Shown piece by piece: positions 9,029 through 22,221 of a stretch of 39,434 nt of DNA. Position numbers and translations under genes: made by a program. Within the stretch, counting starts at the first letter, position 1. Each line of letters opens with the position of its first letter. The stretch is from contig JALDZS010000076.1 in assembly GCA_022813965.1 (NCBI GenBank), positions 62,001-101,434 of the forward strand, read 5' to 3'. Under the pieces are notes generated by a model that was not told where the DNA came from, ran no database searches, and saw only the letters and a list, made by a program, of their open reading frames with translations. This DNA comes from Toensbergia leucococca (taxonomy: Eukaryota).

Positions 9029-10915
9029 GATGGTGGTTTGATTGTAGATTGGAAATATGGGTAAGATTGACGAGGTAAGATGTTGGGAAGGTGGGATTGA
9101 GCCGGTACTTATGGTGATGAATTGTGAATGAGAACATGAGAGTGAATGCAAATGACCAGGCCAATCATCGTTTTGGACTTCACTTTGATCCTTCACTCCA
9201 TCCTTCACTCCAACTTTCACAAAATCTCAATGCTTGTATTCACTATTCCTGGTTGTGTTCCAGGCCCATCATTTGAATCTCATGAGTGCGTCTCTGATAG
9301 TGTTGCTATTGGCACTATCTTCGGCGATTTAGTACGGGTCAGACAGAAAACTATCGGAGACCCTGATTTCATTTTGTTCTGACTCAAAGAGGCATAATGA
9401 GACATTCTTTGATAAATGAAAGAACAAGAGTAATACAGGTGTGACGCAGTGTATCATGGTGGATTAGTGGAGGAGATGACCAGCATTTCCATGAGAATGA
9501 TCTATTTATGACACAGAGGATGTGAAAGCTTAGGGCTTCAACAATACTCGGAAGCGGAAAAAAGGGGCCAAGGACAGGGTCGAGAAACACCAAAAGCTAA
9601 AAAAGATTTGGGCAACTGCCAGACGTCCCAAAAGAGAAATCCGGAGTCGCACCAGTGGTTGTTGAACTAAGCCGCCCAGGTAAGAACTTCGACACGCATC
9701 CAACTTCTATTTGTCTATCTACGACAGGAAGATACTTATTCTATTATATGACCCTTCTTCACCCACATAAACAAGTCCATACACGCTACCTATCAATCTA
9801 ACTCTACCGATTCATAGAACTAAGTTCATCAACTACCTACTTTACCATTCACAAAATCCCGACTAATTTCGTCCAATTCAACAGCGTGGTGTCCTCACTT
9901 TGCAACGACAGATTAGGTTTACATAAGTGCATAGGGCTTCATCATTGCATACTCTACATGGTGGTCTAAGCTAAAACGGTCATTGATGATGACTACTACT
10001 TTCTTATCGCCGGGATATTTAGAGGACTTCACTAACTGCAAATATCATTACCACCCATTGAGGTAGCTCGAATTTCGAAGACTTTTTAGCCAAATCACTT
10101 AATATATTCTTCTTGTTCCAACCGACCCGAAGCCGCTTTCAGAACGTCCCCTCATTTCCCAAGACTAGCTCGCATCAACTCCGCCGAAGGTCTATAACAA
10201 AATCTCAGCTTTAGACTACAGCACTTTCCAATCTGAATCGTAGCTTTTCAAAGGGCGATTCAATGTCTGCATCAGGCCCTGTAAATTGCCCTCCCCAAGC
10301 CCATCTCACAACCCAAGAAGGAACCTCTCAGGGATGATCTCACCCCAGATTAAAGCACAAAAGACGGGGAACCACTGATGCGCCATACATTCCTTTAGTC
10401 GTAACCCTATCTTCCCAGTATAAAGCTGTGGGTTTGTTGCAAGATTTTTGAATAGTCCAGAAATTACGCAGCTGTGTCTGTGTTCGTTGTCGGGCTGTCA
10501 AGTATGAACATTCCAGCGCTGCTGGCATGACCTGTCATCCAGCTGAATCTGATCTGAGAGCTGTAGATGAAGTCAAAGTCAGTAGACAGTTCAGACTATC
10601 TATAGGTACAACCATTTGAGCAGTAAAGGTTTCACATGCTTTATTTGATCCTAGCCTAGACCCAGGAAAGAGTAGAAGGTGGATTTAGCATTGACATCCA
10701 CTAAGAGCAAACGTGGTTCAATAAGGCTACGGATAAAGTCTTCGCCTTGTTGGTCTCGAACAGGGAATTACACAGTCAAAAGAACAACTAAAAATGAAAG
10801 AAAGAGTAGTAACCCAATTTTCCTGTCGCAACAACCTATCTCCTTACCTTTATCAATGACCCTCGTCTACCGACTCCCTAATACGAGACCGACGATGCCA
10901 TTTGAGCTTATTGAA

Positions 10916-13900
10916 TTACCAAGCCTCGTGGTCCACATCATCACACTCGTAGTCTTCCTCTTCACTGCTGAGATCAAACATAAGGATGTCTAGCCCATCG
11001 TCAGCCTCGTTGTCAACTTGCTTCTTCATGTCTTCGTATAGTGCTCTGCGGATGCTACGTTGTTCGGCCGTGAGCGCTAAGCCCGTTAAATTCAGATCAC
11101 TGACAACGGGGCTAGTGAGCTCGCGCAAGATCTCTTTGATTCTACAGCTCCTTTGACTCATGTCGTCGTCAACTGGTCTTTCTGAGGTCTCATGCATTGC
11201 AACATCCTCTCTAGTGGCTGCGTTGGAATCTCCCTCTGTTGAGTCAGTGACTGGTGAATCATACAGTGCCAAGAGCATTTCTCGCTCTCTGAGAAATTCG
11301 GAATCTGTACTGTTGGTTCCTGTCTGTGCTTCAATTGTTCTCTCGCCGGCACTTTTAGGCTCCGATGTTGAGAGAGATTGCGAACGACTCCATAAGAAGC
11401 GCCATGAACGGGAATACGACGAAACGCTTTGAGCATCATGTTCTCCAGAATTGACCCGATCTGCTGACACAGACGACATCAAGCTTAGGCGTCGAAAGAG
11501 AACCACTCCATCTGAAGCTTTACTATCACTGTTATCTTGGTCAGTATAGTAACCAGAGTCTGAGTTCCGCTGCTGTGTGTGGACGCCGCTGTGATTCCGA
11601 CTCGAAGCATTGCTGCTGCTGGCGACGATCGTTTCTAGAACCATACTGTAACATCTATAGCTAGGTTTCTTATGTTCAATAATCTCCTGAGGGGTTTCAA
11701 TGGGATTGCTCCCATCATTAACATTGCTTTCGTCTTCTTTCAAGTCGCTCTGCGGTAAAGGAGACTTCGCACAGGAACGATGATCGGATATCTTTCCATT
11801 GTCTTTGTTGCCTGACGTTGAGACTGATCCTGATCTACTTTTAGAAGCTTTTCCGACGGCTGCCTCACCACTAGATAGCGTATCGTCATGACGCATTCTC
11901 ATTTGACTCTGGTCTATGGCTCCGAGGTTGAAGATCGAACTCGTCGATAGCGATAGCGAAGAATCTTGGCCATCTACTTGTTCTTCGACTGGCTCTCGCA
12001 AGATGAAGCTTGTCTTCATGCGTCGTTTACGAACTCTATGGTCGAGTGTAGAAATAGTCACGTCCGACTCACGAATCATGGTGGGCGGCGGTGTAAAATT
12101 ATTGTGGGTAGCGCGAGGACGGCGCTCTCGACTTTCAGAACCATCCCTCGGTCCTTCAGGTAGGAGCCCTAAAAACCTGAACATCTCAGTCCCATCGCGT
12201 TCATCCTGGGTACGAGGCTCCTCGTAAAATGATGGATCTCTTGCACGGGGAGTTGCAGGATCGAGACTCTTGTCATGCCATCGTGTATTGGCTCTCCTAG
12301 GATACTCACTTCGAGGAGTATAATCTTGAGCAAAGGCTGTAACTTGCTCGGCAAGTCGGTGAATTAAGCCATGGCTAGTGCGTCTATCGGGTCTGCGGCC
12401 AACAATAGTACTTGGTGACTCGCCGACAACAGCATCCGGAACAAAAGCAGATAGCCGGGGTCTCCGGACGCCTCTGGATCTTGGCGGCACATAGCTACAG
12501 CTATTGTCCATGATCATTGGAAAGTGTAACCCTGTATCAATCCCATGTGTGCTAGGATTTCCAAGGTCTCCCCTACTCTGTGTAGCTACCGACCCGTCAA
12601 CTAGGGTGGCAGACGAGCGTCTACGTGCGGCTTCAGCAGGACGACTTTGATACCATGAGTCTTCCATCCCATCAACAAGATAGATATAACGATCGGGCTC
12701 TGCAACACTGCAGATAACCTCATTTTTAGGAGACCGAGTTGTATCGAATTCATCCTCTTCCTTCAAAAGTGAATCAGGCAGCTCATCAACAACATGATGT
12801 GGTACGTCCCGATTGAAAACAGGGTTGTCCATGTCGGTCTTGGAATCATGAACAGTAGGTTGAGTATCGATGAATTGTGAATGCGAGGACTCGATTTCGG
12901 TAGCGTGGAGGCCATTTTCGATAAATCTACCTTGACAGTCTAGTGACCTTTTACGTAACGTATTTCCGCTGCTTTTGAGGCAAATATCAGGACTGGCACA
13001 ATCCGAAGAATTGACTGGAGAACCATGTACAGGATATTGGTAGTTCAGTGATTTGACCGATGCGTCATCTGGGGCACAAGCACTTGTATGTGCGTACCAG
13101 GGAATGACTTTGAGCGTTAGTCGTGCACGAGTGATTCGTTCTAGACGGGCTGAGGTTGAAGAACGTTCGGTCAACAGAGCCTTGATTTCAACTCGTAGTA
13201 GATTTATCACTGCATGTGGGCCTTCGCGTCCTCCTCGAATGATGTTGCCATATTGGTGGTCTTGTGATCTTCGAACCTCTGAGAACATTGGTACAGTCCC
13301 TTTGAACCCTTGGAGTTCGACGTCCCAGACAAGCCATGGGAGGGCAGACTCCAGGCTATAGGTGATAGACGTGAGGAGGTTATCCGACTCCGGGAATGCA
13401 CCACTACGATAACGCGGTATGACTCGGATTTCTTGGCCTTCTCGTGGCATGGTATCAAGGTGCTCAAAGGACAGAAAGTCGGGACTCCAAGCTATTTCGG
13501 CGGTAGCTCCGCGAGGAACTCGCAAAGTTAAATCTTCATTACACTGCATACGTACCATACAAAACGTGTCTTGAGGGCCAGATAATTTAATGTCTGTAAT
13601 GTAATCACAAGTTGTGAGGTAAAGTAACAATAGATCCGGCCATTCGTTGCTTGTGTAGTATCCAATTTGCTGCAATAATTTGTACATTGTCCGTACTAAC
13701 TGCTGGAGATTGAAAGCAATCCGGTGAGCAGACGCAGGGTATTCTTGACCTTCAAAGCCACCGATATACTGAGGTGGGTATACCTGCAAGAACTCTTGAT
13801 CTAATTCATGGAGTTCGCTCGCAACGAGCTCTTCGATACAAATTCCGAAGGTTTGATTGATGTGGTACAATTCATCGGCTTCGGCCAAGGACAGTCCTTT

Positions 13901-14872
13901 CCAAACAGTAGAGATATCAAGAAGTTCAACACTTGGCGCCAAGCGTAAGTAATGTAAGCCGAAAGCAGGAGCTTCTTCGCGATCTGACGAATAAGATCGT
14001 ATTAAGGGCTTGTAAATATCTGTCGGAGACAGATAGCCATGATTGAGTCCCAAGACTTCAACATGCCGGCTACTAGGGCGATCTGGCGATGGATGGCCAT
14101 GAGGATTTTCTGTTCTCGGTAAAAACGACGGAAAGCCCTGGGTATATTTGGATGGATGGGCACCATCCTAGATACATTAACGCTGGTGTGTAATGCGCAG
14201 CAACTCACTTACCCGGGTGGAGAATTCTCTGCTTCCTGGAACATTCTTGTCTGCCAAAGAAGGTCCTCCGAACGGTGCCATCATCGGTGGGGATACTAAG
14301 TACGGCGTCTGCGCGTCAGTTGAAGGCTCCTCGCCATGGTTGTAGCTTTGCGAGTATAGATTTTGCGTGTTATCCACATGATAACCATGTGATAGGCAGG
14401 ACCGAGCGGCTTCGGGTGGAGATTTGTGTAAAGGGGGTGATCCTGGTCTGATCTTTGAGAGGTCACCATATGCCAACGACGGCTTATTGAGGGCGTTGAA
14501 TGTGTTGGATTTGAAGAAACTTGTCGGGGTCGATGAGAGGTCTCGGAGCGTCCAGTGACGAGGGGCAATAGTTCCCCTGGACGTTCCCTCATCTTCGATG
14601 ATGGGTGATGTTCGGTTTGGAGATGCTGCCTGGTTAGAGATATTACTCAATATTCTCCGGGATTGACTGGGATTTGAATCAGCAGAGCCAAAACGAGAAG
14701 ATGGTAGAACATGACTGACTCCACGTCGCTGGATAGCTTCTCCGTACTCATAGTGCTTCAAAGAGGAGAGCGGAAAGTTGTATTGATGAGAATGGAGCAA
14801 GGAAGAATCCTCGAAGGATGCTGTTTGCCAATGTAAAGTGCTTCGAAGAAAATCATAAACCTGATAGAGCAC
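10916..14872 (-). CDS. Large hypothetical protein (>1,000 aa), mostly low-complexity; true start uncertain
   Basis: ORF 14872..14177 joins ORF 14053..10916 in frame through a 45-nt GTAAGT...TAG intron (14212-14168). The 14872 start is GTG and the first in-frame ATGs are near 14285, so the 5' end is unresolved. Confidence 0.7.
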
Positions 14873-15066
14873 ATAGAACGAAGAGAGAAGTATTTATGCA
14901 GTAACTTTGTCCACAGAAAGCAAATAGAAGGTTTAAACTTCATTCTTGCCGTTTCATGTGCCTAGGTAGGAATGAGAAGCTAGTTTGGCCAGGAAAGTAC
15001 GGCCCTTGTGCTCGTCATGAACAAATTCTTCATACTTCTGAACTTTCAGTATATCCTTTTGTTGAT

Positions 15067-16556
15067 CTAGACGCCATCTACACTGGCTCTAGTACTTAAT
15101 TGCTCATTCTTATTCCCAAGTTTGGATATTTGCAAAAAAGCATCAACGCCATAGCCTTCTAGACTATGGAGACTGATTTCTCCAGCCCAGTAAGAGGCAT
15201 AGACTCTACTCATTGGCAAACCTATACCAAGTCTCAAATTTGGCGGCCTAGACGTGAGAGAAGTAAGTGAGCTATCATAGGGTCGCTTGCTCTTAACGTC
15301 GCTGCTGACTAGTTCCTTGCTGGACTCTGCTGTTGACAGCTTCAGCTCTTGCGTCGTGGCAGCCATCTTCGGTACCTGCAGCAAATTCTTTAAACGTGTT
15401 TGACGTCTCGGACCTTTGCTAAATGACCACAAATCCGGTAGAATCTCTCTAGGCACACCACCTCCTTGGTCAGAGATCCGTATGATCACATGCTGCGTAG
15501 CTTCACAAATCAACACCTCAATCGGGGGTGGCTTCGTGGCGGAGCCTGCGTATCTCTCTACGACAGCTTGAACAGAATTTCGGAGTAGTTCCCCAATGAT
15601 ATATTCCAAATGACTGAGAATGTAGGGGAATGTGGCGTCTAGGTGACCTTCAAGGACGATTTCGGGAACAACACATTTCGGGCCATAGGCTTCCTTGGCT
15701 TGGATCTGTGCCATCTTGCCGCACCCTTCAACCACCTCCCGCGCATTGCATTTAAGGAACACCTCGCCTACGAAGTCTGCATAAGAATCGAGGGGCATTT
15801 GTGCGTTCGGAAAATGCCATGGTGAACTAAATGTCTCTGTTAATGCAAGATGCTGCTCAGCGATTACTCGACGAGAAATGCGCTACCACCACATCAGTAT
15901 TAGTCTAAATAATCAGTCTGGGAGATCATACAGCCCTCAGCAGAGTATTAATGAATTTGTCCATCTCTTCAGGTTCCATCAGATCCCGGCACTCCAAAAC
16001 ACCAATCGCAAGTCTCGGAATCACAGTCAAGTGTTCCTGAAGAGTCTCACTGACAAGAGCACAGTATCGATCGTTATCATCCAATGTCTTGACCTCTGGG
16101 ACTCTCCGAAGAGACTCAAAAGCCTTGTAGTACAACTCATACACGTGTGAAATATGCGGATTGGTGACAACAACAAACGGTAAAGTCTGCATGTCGCGCA
16201 GTCGATGGGCGAGCCTGGTATATTTTATCAGCTTACCTACATAGCCAATGTAGTCATGATGTACCAACCTTCTGGGAAGCTCCGTTCGAACATAATTCGC
16301 TGAGCTGATCAATCGACTCTCTGTCAAAGTTCGGCCGAAGAAAGTCAATTGACGAAGACTGATCGGTCTCGCAGGTTTTTGCACCCATCTTCAGAGCATA
16401 ATTCAGTCTAGGTTCTACAACGATGAGGAGATCACGGATATCTCACTCATCAAGAACCGGTGCTGGGCGCCATGGAGTTGTGCCGGATGTGAGCCATCGT
16501 TGTCCGCGCACTGCCCAAGCGGTTATTCGAGCACATCTAGGGTTCAAACAAAGCAT
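15067..16556 (-). CDS. Mitochondrial alpha-ketoacid dehydrogenase kinase (PDK/BCKDK family, Pkp2-like), 4 exons
   Basis: ATG 16556 (MLCLNPRCAR...PWRPAPVLDE/WVQKPARPISLRQL), SANYVRTELP/RLAHRLRDMQTLPF, RISRRVIAEQHLALT, and GHKL ATPase motifs ELLRNS, IRISDQGGG, LGIGLPMSRVYA. Confidence 0.9.
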
Positions 16557-16691
16557 TGAATCACTGCCATGCGGATGATATTCAGAATCATCTGCTGAGC
16601 CAAAACAGCTTATGACGGTAAGATTGGGAGAGTGGGGCCAGTGAGGTCACAAGTGACGCTTGTTGACTAAACCTTGGTGCATCGACGTTGT

Positions 16692-17230
16692 GGGCCCTAG
16701 GGACACGAATTTTCTGAATATTTTATCGAAAAATATCACTGTTGCTGAGGTGGTTTCACGATTACTGGTGTCATTAGGTAGTTTGAGAATAACGATGGCG
16801 GTAACATCATGATATCACATCACATCTTGACTTATCTTACTTTTCTATTTTCATTGCATGCCATCTACCTCATTATTTGCGTGCAATTGATGAGCTAAAA
16901 ACAAACCATGATTTATATAATCTATCACTCCATCGTCCCTGGGGGCATTCATAGGGAGATATCATAATTTCACACTAGATTTTCACTTGATTATACCTCT
17001 AAACTGACTAAAGTCTAAAGGTCTAAAACAGTTTTATTATTTTGATGTGAATAGGTAGGTTGATGAACGATGAGATGTGTAAAGCAGACGGTTTTGCACC
17101 TAGGTAGAATATGAGTGTCCAACCCTCCAAGTAATGACGTTCTACCGATATTCTATTCATGATACCATCTCAGTAACAGTAATAAAATTCAGAGAAATAT
17201 TCAGAAAATATGTGTGTTCTCAAGGAACCC
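16692..17230. mobile_element. Degenerate inverted-repeat (MITE-like) element
   Basis: 16692-16765 (GGGCCCTAGGGACACGAATTTTCTGAATATTTTATCGAAAAATATCACTGTTGCTGAGGTGGTTTCACGA) aligns with the reverse complement of about 17155-17230 (GGGTTCCTTGAGAACACACATATTTTCTGAATATTTCTCTGAATTTTATTACTGTTACTGAGATGGTATCATGA). Interior is AT-rich with no ORF; no clear TSD. Confidence 0.65.
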
Positions 17231-17799
17231 AGAGGGTGACCTCGTGACGCGCCTCGCCAACTCCGTGAGGTATGGCATGAAATTCATCTGATGTTTCAGA
17301 ATGCAAGTGCAGTGAGCTTGTGAATGGAAAATTTCTCAAAGCTTAGGTACCTATTTATCGTATGCATTCAGTGAATTAACTAACTTTGTTCTAACACATG
17401 CAAATGAATCTTCGTAAGGTAAGGTACGCTGATAGACTTGGTCCTGCTGGTGAAGATGTGATCCAGACAGAATGATTCGTTATTGGCCAATTACCTGGGA
17501 CTCACTTTCTCTAAATGAATGAGTTCGGGAAGCATAAAGTAATCTGAAAATTTGTGTAGAGTGTCTTAACAGTTGACACATTCCGTAAACTTCAGCCGTC
17601 GTCATCGTCGGCCAGACAGAAAAAGCCTAGCGATCTCCCTTCCCTGTATCATGTGTAGTCTGTCGACACCCACATTCATCAGCTGTCACTCGCCGACGGA
17701 TCAATAATTGCAACTTCTGTAACTGCGCAGACAGAGTGCATCTCCGACAAGAGCCGCTTTGAATGTTCCCGGCCCCCCACCACGCCACGTTTTTTTATC

Positions 17800-20700
17800 A
17801 TGGATCTTGTAAGCTGCAGCTTCAACCACGAAATCATGGACCCTAATGCTGGAAACGAAGCGGTGGCTGACTTGAATACTCGTCTGGCCTCTCTACAGAC
17901 AGGGGATGGAGATATGCTCATTGATGAATACGATGCTGTCGACGAGAAGCAAGATGTGGCAATCATCACCCCGGACGATTCTGTTGACGAGCCAGAGCCA
18001 GAACCCTTAGCAGATGACTGTACGTGGGCAGAAGTCCAGACTCCATGCCTTCCGCAGCTATGCTGAGCTATACTGATCCATGCTTCCCTTTGCAGTTGAG
18101 GGTATGAAAGCTCGAATCCTACCCAAAATTCCAGATCTTGAGATAGAGAGCGAAGCGGTGCACACCTGGAACATCGACGGTTATAGAACACAAGAACGGA
18201 AAGTTCGTGGGCCGACCTTTGAGTGTGGAGGGCATCCTTGGTTCGTGGAGCTCAGAGTGGTCATCCCTGGCCGCATATACAATGTAACGACTCTGAGCAT
18301 GCTGATGGTTTCGGCAGGAGAATACTGCTCTTTCCATTTGGTAACAACGTCGAATTTGCGTCCTTCTACCTCGAGCAAGGCTATGAGGATAAACAGTCCG
18401 AGGGCTGGTATGCTTGTGTTCAATTTGAATTGGTTTTGTGGAACAGGCATGATCCATCAATATATGTTCATCATAGTAAGGGAAGCCAAGACGTTGTTGC
18501 TGTACTACATACTGATAGCTTCAGCTGCAAATCATAGATTTAATGCTGAAGAAGGTGACTGGGGCTTTACAAGATTTGCGGAAATTCGGAAACTCTTTGC
18601 AGCACAATGGGAAGATCGAGGACGGCCCATGGTGGAGGCTGACTCCGTCAATGTTACTGCATATGTTCGAATCTACAAAGACCCTACAGGTGTGCTATGG
18701 CACAATTTTATCAAGTTTGTTTCATGACCAGCTATGTATGCTCTTTGCTAAGGGTTCTCCAGTTACGACTCGAAGAAAGAGACTGGAATGGTTGGGCTCA
18801 AAAATCAAGGAGCAACTTGCTACCTCAACTCTCTACTACAATCACTTTATTTCACCAATGCGTTTCGCAAGGTAGATTTATTTCATTCTAGGGTTCATTC
18901 TGAAGAGACTGACCTGCGACAGGCCGTATACCAAATACCGACAGAACACGAAGCTGAGAGAACCAATAGCGCATGGGCTCTGCAAAGGCTTTTCTACCTA
19001 CTGCAGACATCTAACGATGCAGTCTCAACGCAAGAGCTGACTGCCTCCTTTGGCTGGGAGACCAAGCATATATTTGAGCAACAAGACGTTCAGGAGCTAT
19101 CGCGTATCTTGATGGAGCGAATGGAGGAGCGTATGAAGGGTACAGACGCTGAAAATGCTCTTGCAAAAATGTTTGTGGGGAAGATGAAGACTTACATATC
19201 CTGTATCAACGTCGACTACGAATCATCGAGAACAGAAGACTTCTGGGACATCCAACTGAACGTAAGTGGCAACAAGAATCTTAATGATAGCTTCAAAGAC
19301 TACGTTCAGGTTGAGACCATGGATGGCGAAAACAAGTACTTTGCGGAAGGTTATGGGTTGCAGGATGCAAGGAAAGGTGTGATCTTTGAAAGCTTCCCTC
19401 AAGTTCTCCATTTACAGCTCAAACGCTTCGAGTACGATATCAACCGCGATGCAATGATGAAGGTAAATGACCGCTACGAATTTCCCGAGATCTTCGACGC
19501 ATCACCATACCTGTCCGATAGTGCGGATAAATCAGAACCATATACTTATCAGCTCCATGGTGTCCTTGTACATAGTGGTGATTTCAACGCTGGACACTAC
19601 TATGCATATCTAAAACCTACAAAGGATGGCCATTTCTACAAATTCGATGACGACAGAGTAACTCGAGCTACCCTGAAGGAGGCCTTGGAGGAAAACTTTG
19701 GTGGTGATTATACAAATATGGTCAATGGTAATTCCGGCGTGCGAAATCCGTATAGTCGAACGTTGTCTACAAAAAGGTCAATGAGTGCCTACATGTTGGT
19801 CTATATTCGGCAAACCCGCGAGGACAACATCTTACTCGAAGTTGCCGAGAATGACACACCCTCCCATCTAGGTATGTTCTAACTCGAAATTAGAATCAAA
19901 GAGAGCTGACATGCAATTAGCGAAGCAGCTGAATGAAGAGAGAGCCATGATAGAGCGCAGACGCAAGGAACGAGAAGAACAACATTTATACCTGCCCATA
20001 GGCGTCGTCACCGAGGACAATTTCAAGGCTCATCAAGGCTTCGACCTGACTAATTGGGACACAGATTCCGAGTCAGATTCTGCTCCCAAGTCCCACCGTA
20101 TACTCAGAACATCTACCGTAGGAGATCTAGCTAAAACCATAGCCGAGGAGAAGAAGCTCCCTAGCGAGCAAGTTCGATTATGGGTCATGGTGAACCGCCA
20201 GAACAAGACCATCCGACCTGACCAGCCCCTCGTCGACCCAGAAATGACTATTGACGATGCGTATAACAAGCATGGGAGCCGGGACAAGCATTTTCGCCTA
20301 TGGGTTGAGACTGCCGAGAACGCAGAATATGGCAAAGCTGCGTGGCTGGATATGCAACCGCAGACTAACAATAACATACCCATATTAGTCTTCCTCAAAT
20401 ACTTCGACGCCGACTCACAGTCATTGATGGGGGTAGGACATATATACATCAGAAAGCATTCCAAAGTTGCTGACATGGTTCCCTTGATCTTACAATTAAT
20501 GGGGTGGGCATCAGGCTCGTCGCCAACGCCTACGTTGGCGCTCTACGAGGTGAGTAGCTTTTCTGCGAGCAGGGCGTTGTGCTAAAACATCTCAAGGAAA
20601 TAAAACATTCGATGATCGAGCCAATGAAGCCGAAGTCAACGCTACAACAAGCCGAAATTCAGGATGGCGACATTGTGTGTTTTCAGAGGTCTCTAACGGA

Positions 20701-21910
20701 GAAAGAGTAAGCGAATCTCCTCTGCTTCATCGACGAACTTGACTAAAATCAAGCTAGAGCGTCTGCCGTCGCGCAATCTGGTGGCTACGTAGATGCTCGC
20801 GAGTTCTACGACTACCTCCTAAACCGCATAAACATTCAGTTCTCTCCAAGGATTACCAATGACGCGGAGAAGGACTGTTTTGAACTTACTTTAAGTAGAA
20901 AAATGTCGTATGATCAGTTCTCCGCGAAGGTCGGGGAGCGACTAAAGGTCGATCCCACGCATATTCGCTTTTCAACAGTAAATGCGGCAACGGGCAAGCC
21001 CAAGGCTATTGTTCGGAGGAATGCAAACCAAAACCTCTCTCAGATTTTGAGCCCACAATTCGGCACCTACAACAACAGTAATCAACGGGCCGATGCTCTA
21101 TATTACGAAGTCATGGACATGAGTCTGAGCGAATTGGAGACCAAGAAATTGTTGAAAGTTACTTGGGTCAGCGAGGGTGTAACAAAGGAGGTACGCAGAT
21201 CATTTTTCGATCTCCCTGCATTCGAGTTACCAAAGTTGAGACAAACAGGAAACTTTCGACATTCTTGTCGCTAAAAATGGCCTTATTGGAGATTTACTGC
21301 CTGCCTTGCAAAAGAAAGCTGGTTTAGATGACGAGACGATTCAGAACGCACGGATCTATGAAGCCCATGGCAGCAAAATATACAAGGAGCTCCACGAAGA
21401 CTACAGCGTTGCCAGTATCACGGAATATGTCACGCTTTATGCAGAAATGATACCAGATGAGGAACAAAGCGCAGAAGAAGGAGACAGGGCAATATATGCA
21501 TTCCACTATGACAAGGAGTCTAACAAACCGCATGGCGTACCGTTCAAGTTTCTTGTAAGGCCGGTGAGTAAAGTGGGCCGATGTAATGTGGCTTTAGCTC
21601 ATGAACGTAGGGTGAACTCTTTAAGGATACCAAGGAACGTCTATCCAAGCGTACCGGCATCAAAGGGAAGCAATTCGAGAAAATCAAGTTCTCAGTGGTT
21701 CACAGGAGCGCATACACAAAGCCGACGTATCTCACGGATGGTAGGCATCTTCCTTACATGGCCTTGGATTCAAAGACGAGGTGAGGCTAACGGACTGCAG
21801 ATGACGAGCTGACGATAATCGCCTCGAGCGCGGATGACTTGCTAGGATTAGATCATGTGAACAAGGCCCGGGGTCACGGAAATAAAGGCGACTCAATATT
21901 TATTCGATGA
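17800..21910 (+). CDS. UBP15: Ubiquitin C-terminal hydrolase USP7/Ubp15 family (MATH + USP + C-terminal Ubl domains), multi-exon
   Basis: MATH domain (GPTFECGGHPW/RILLFPFGN...HRFNAEEGDWGFTRF), Cys box GLKNQGATCYLNSLLQ, QQDVQE, LHLQLKRF, His box GVLVHSGDFNAGHYYAY; C-terminal LLGLDHVNK...SIFIR* ending at 21910. Confidence 0.95.
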
Positions 21911-22221
21911 TGTTCTGTTTCGGTGCGGGTTGGGGACTTGCTGGAGTTTTACGAGTAGGCATGTGAGGAGGCATAGGACATGGGCACCTTCTCTTGTAAT
22001 TTAGCACATGTACAGTGTTGTATGCATTTCCTTGGCAGTCCGCAATCATCAGAGTCGTTGTGATTTGTAAAAGGTACGATGGCTGAGTGAAGTGATGAAG
22101 TCGTGTGCGAAGACTATTCTAGAGACTTTTTCGCAGTCGCGCCGATCGCGTGTGTTAAAAATCTCCCATAGCAGAGTCGATAATTTCGAGCCAGCACCAG
22201 TGTCACCAACATCCCATCATC

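Noticed and set aside
9030..10900. Long intergenic region with short ORFs and a 12-nt TCCTTCACTCCA-like repeat near 9180-9220
   Set aside because: No supportable spliced gene or RNA; the repeat is short and low-complexity.
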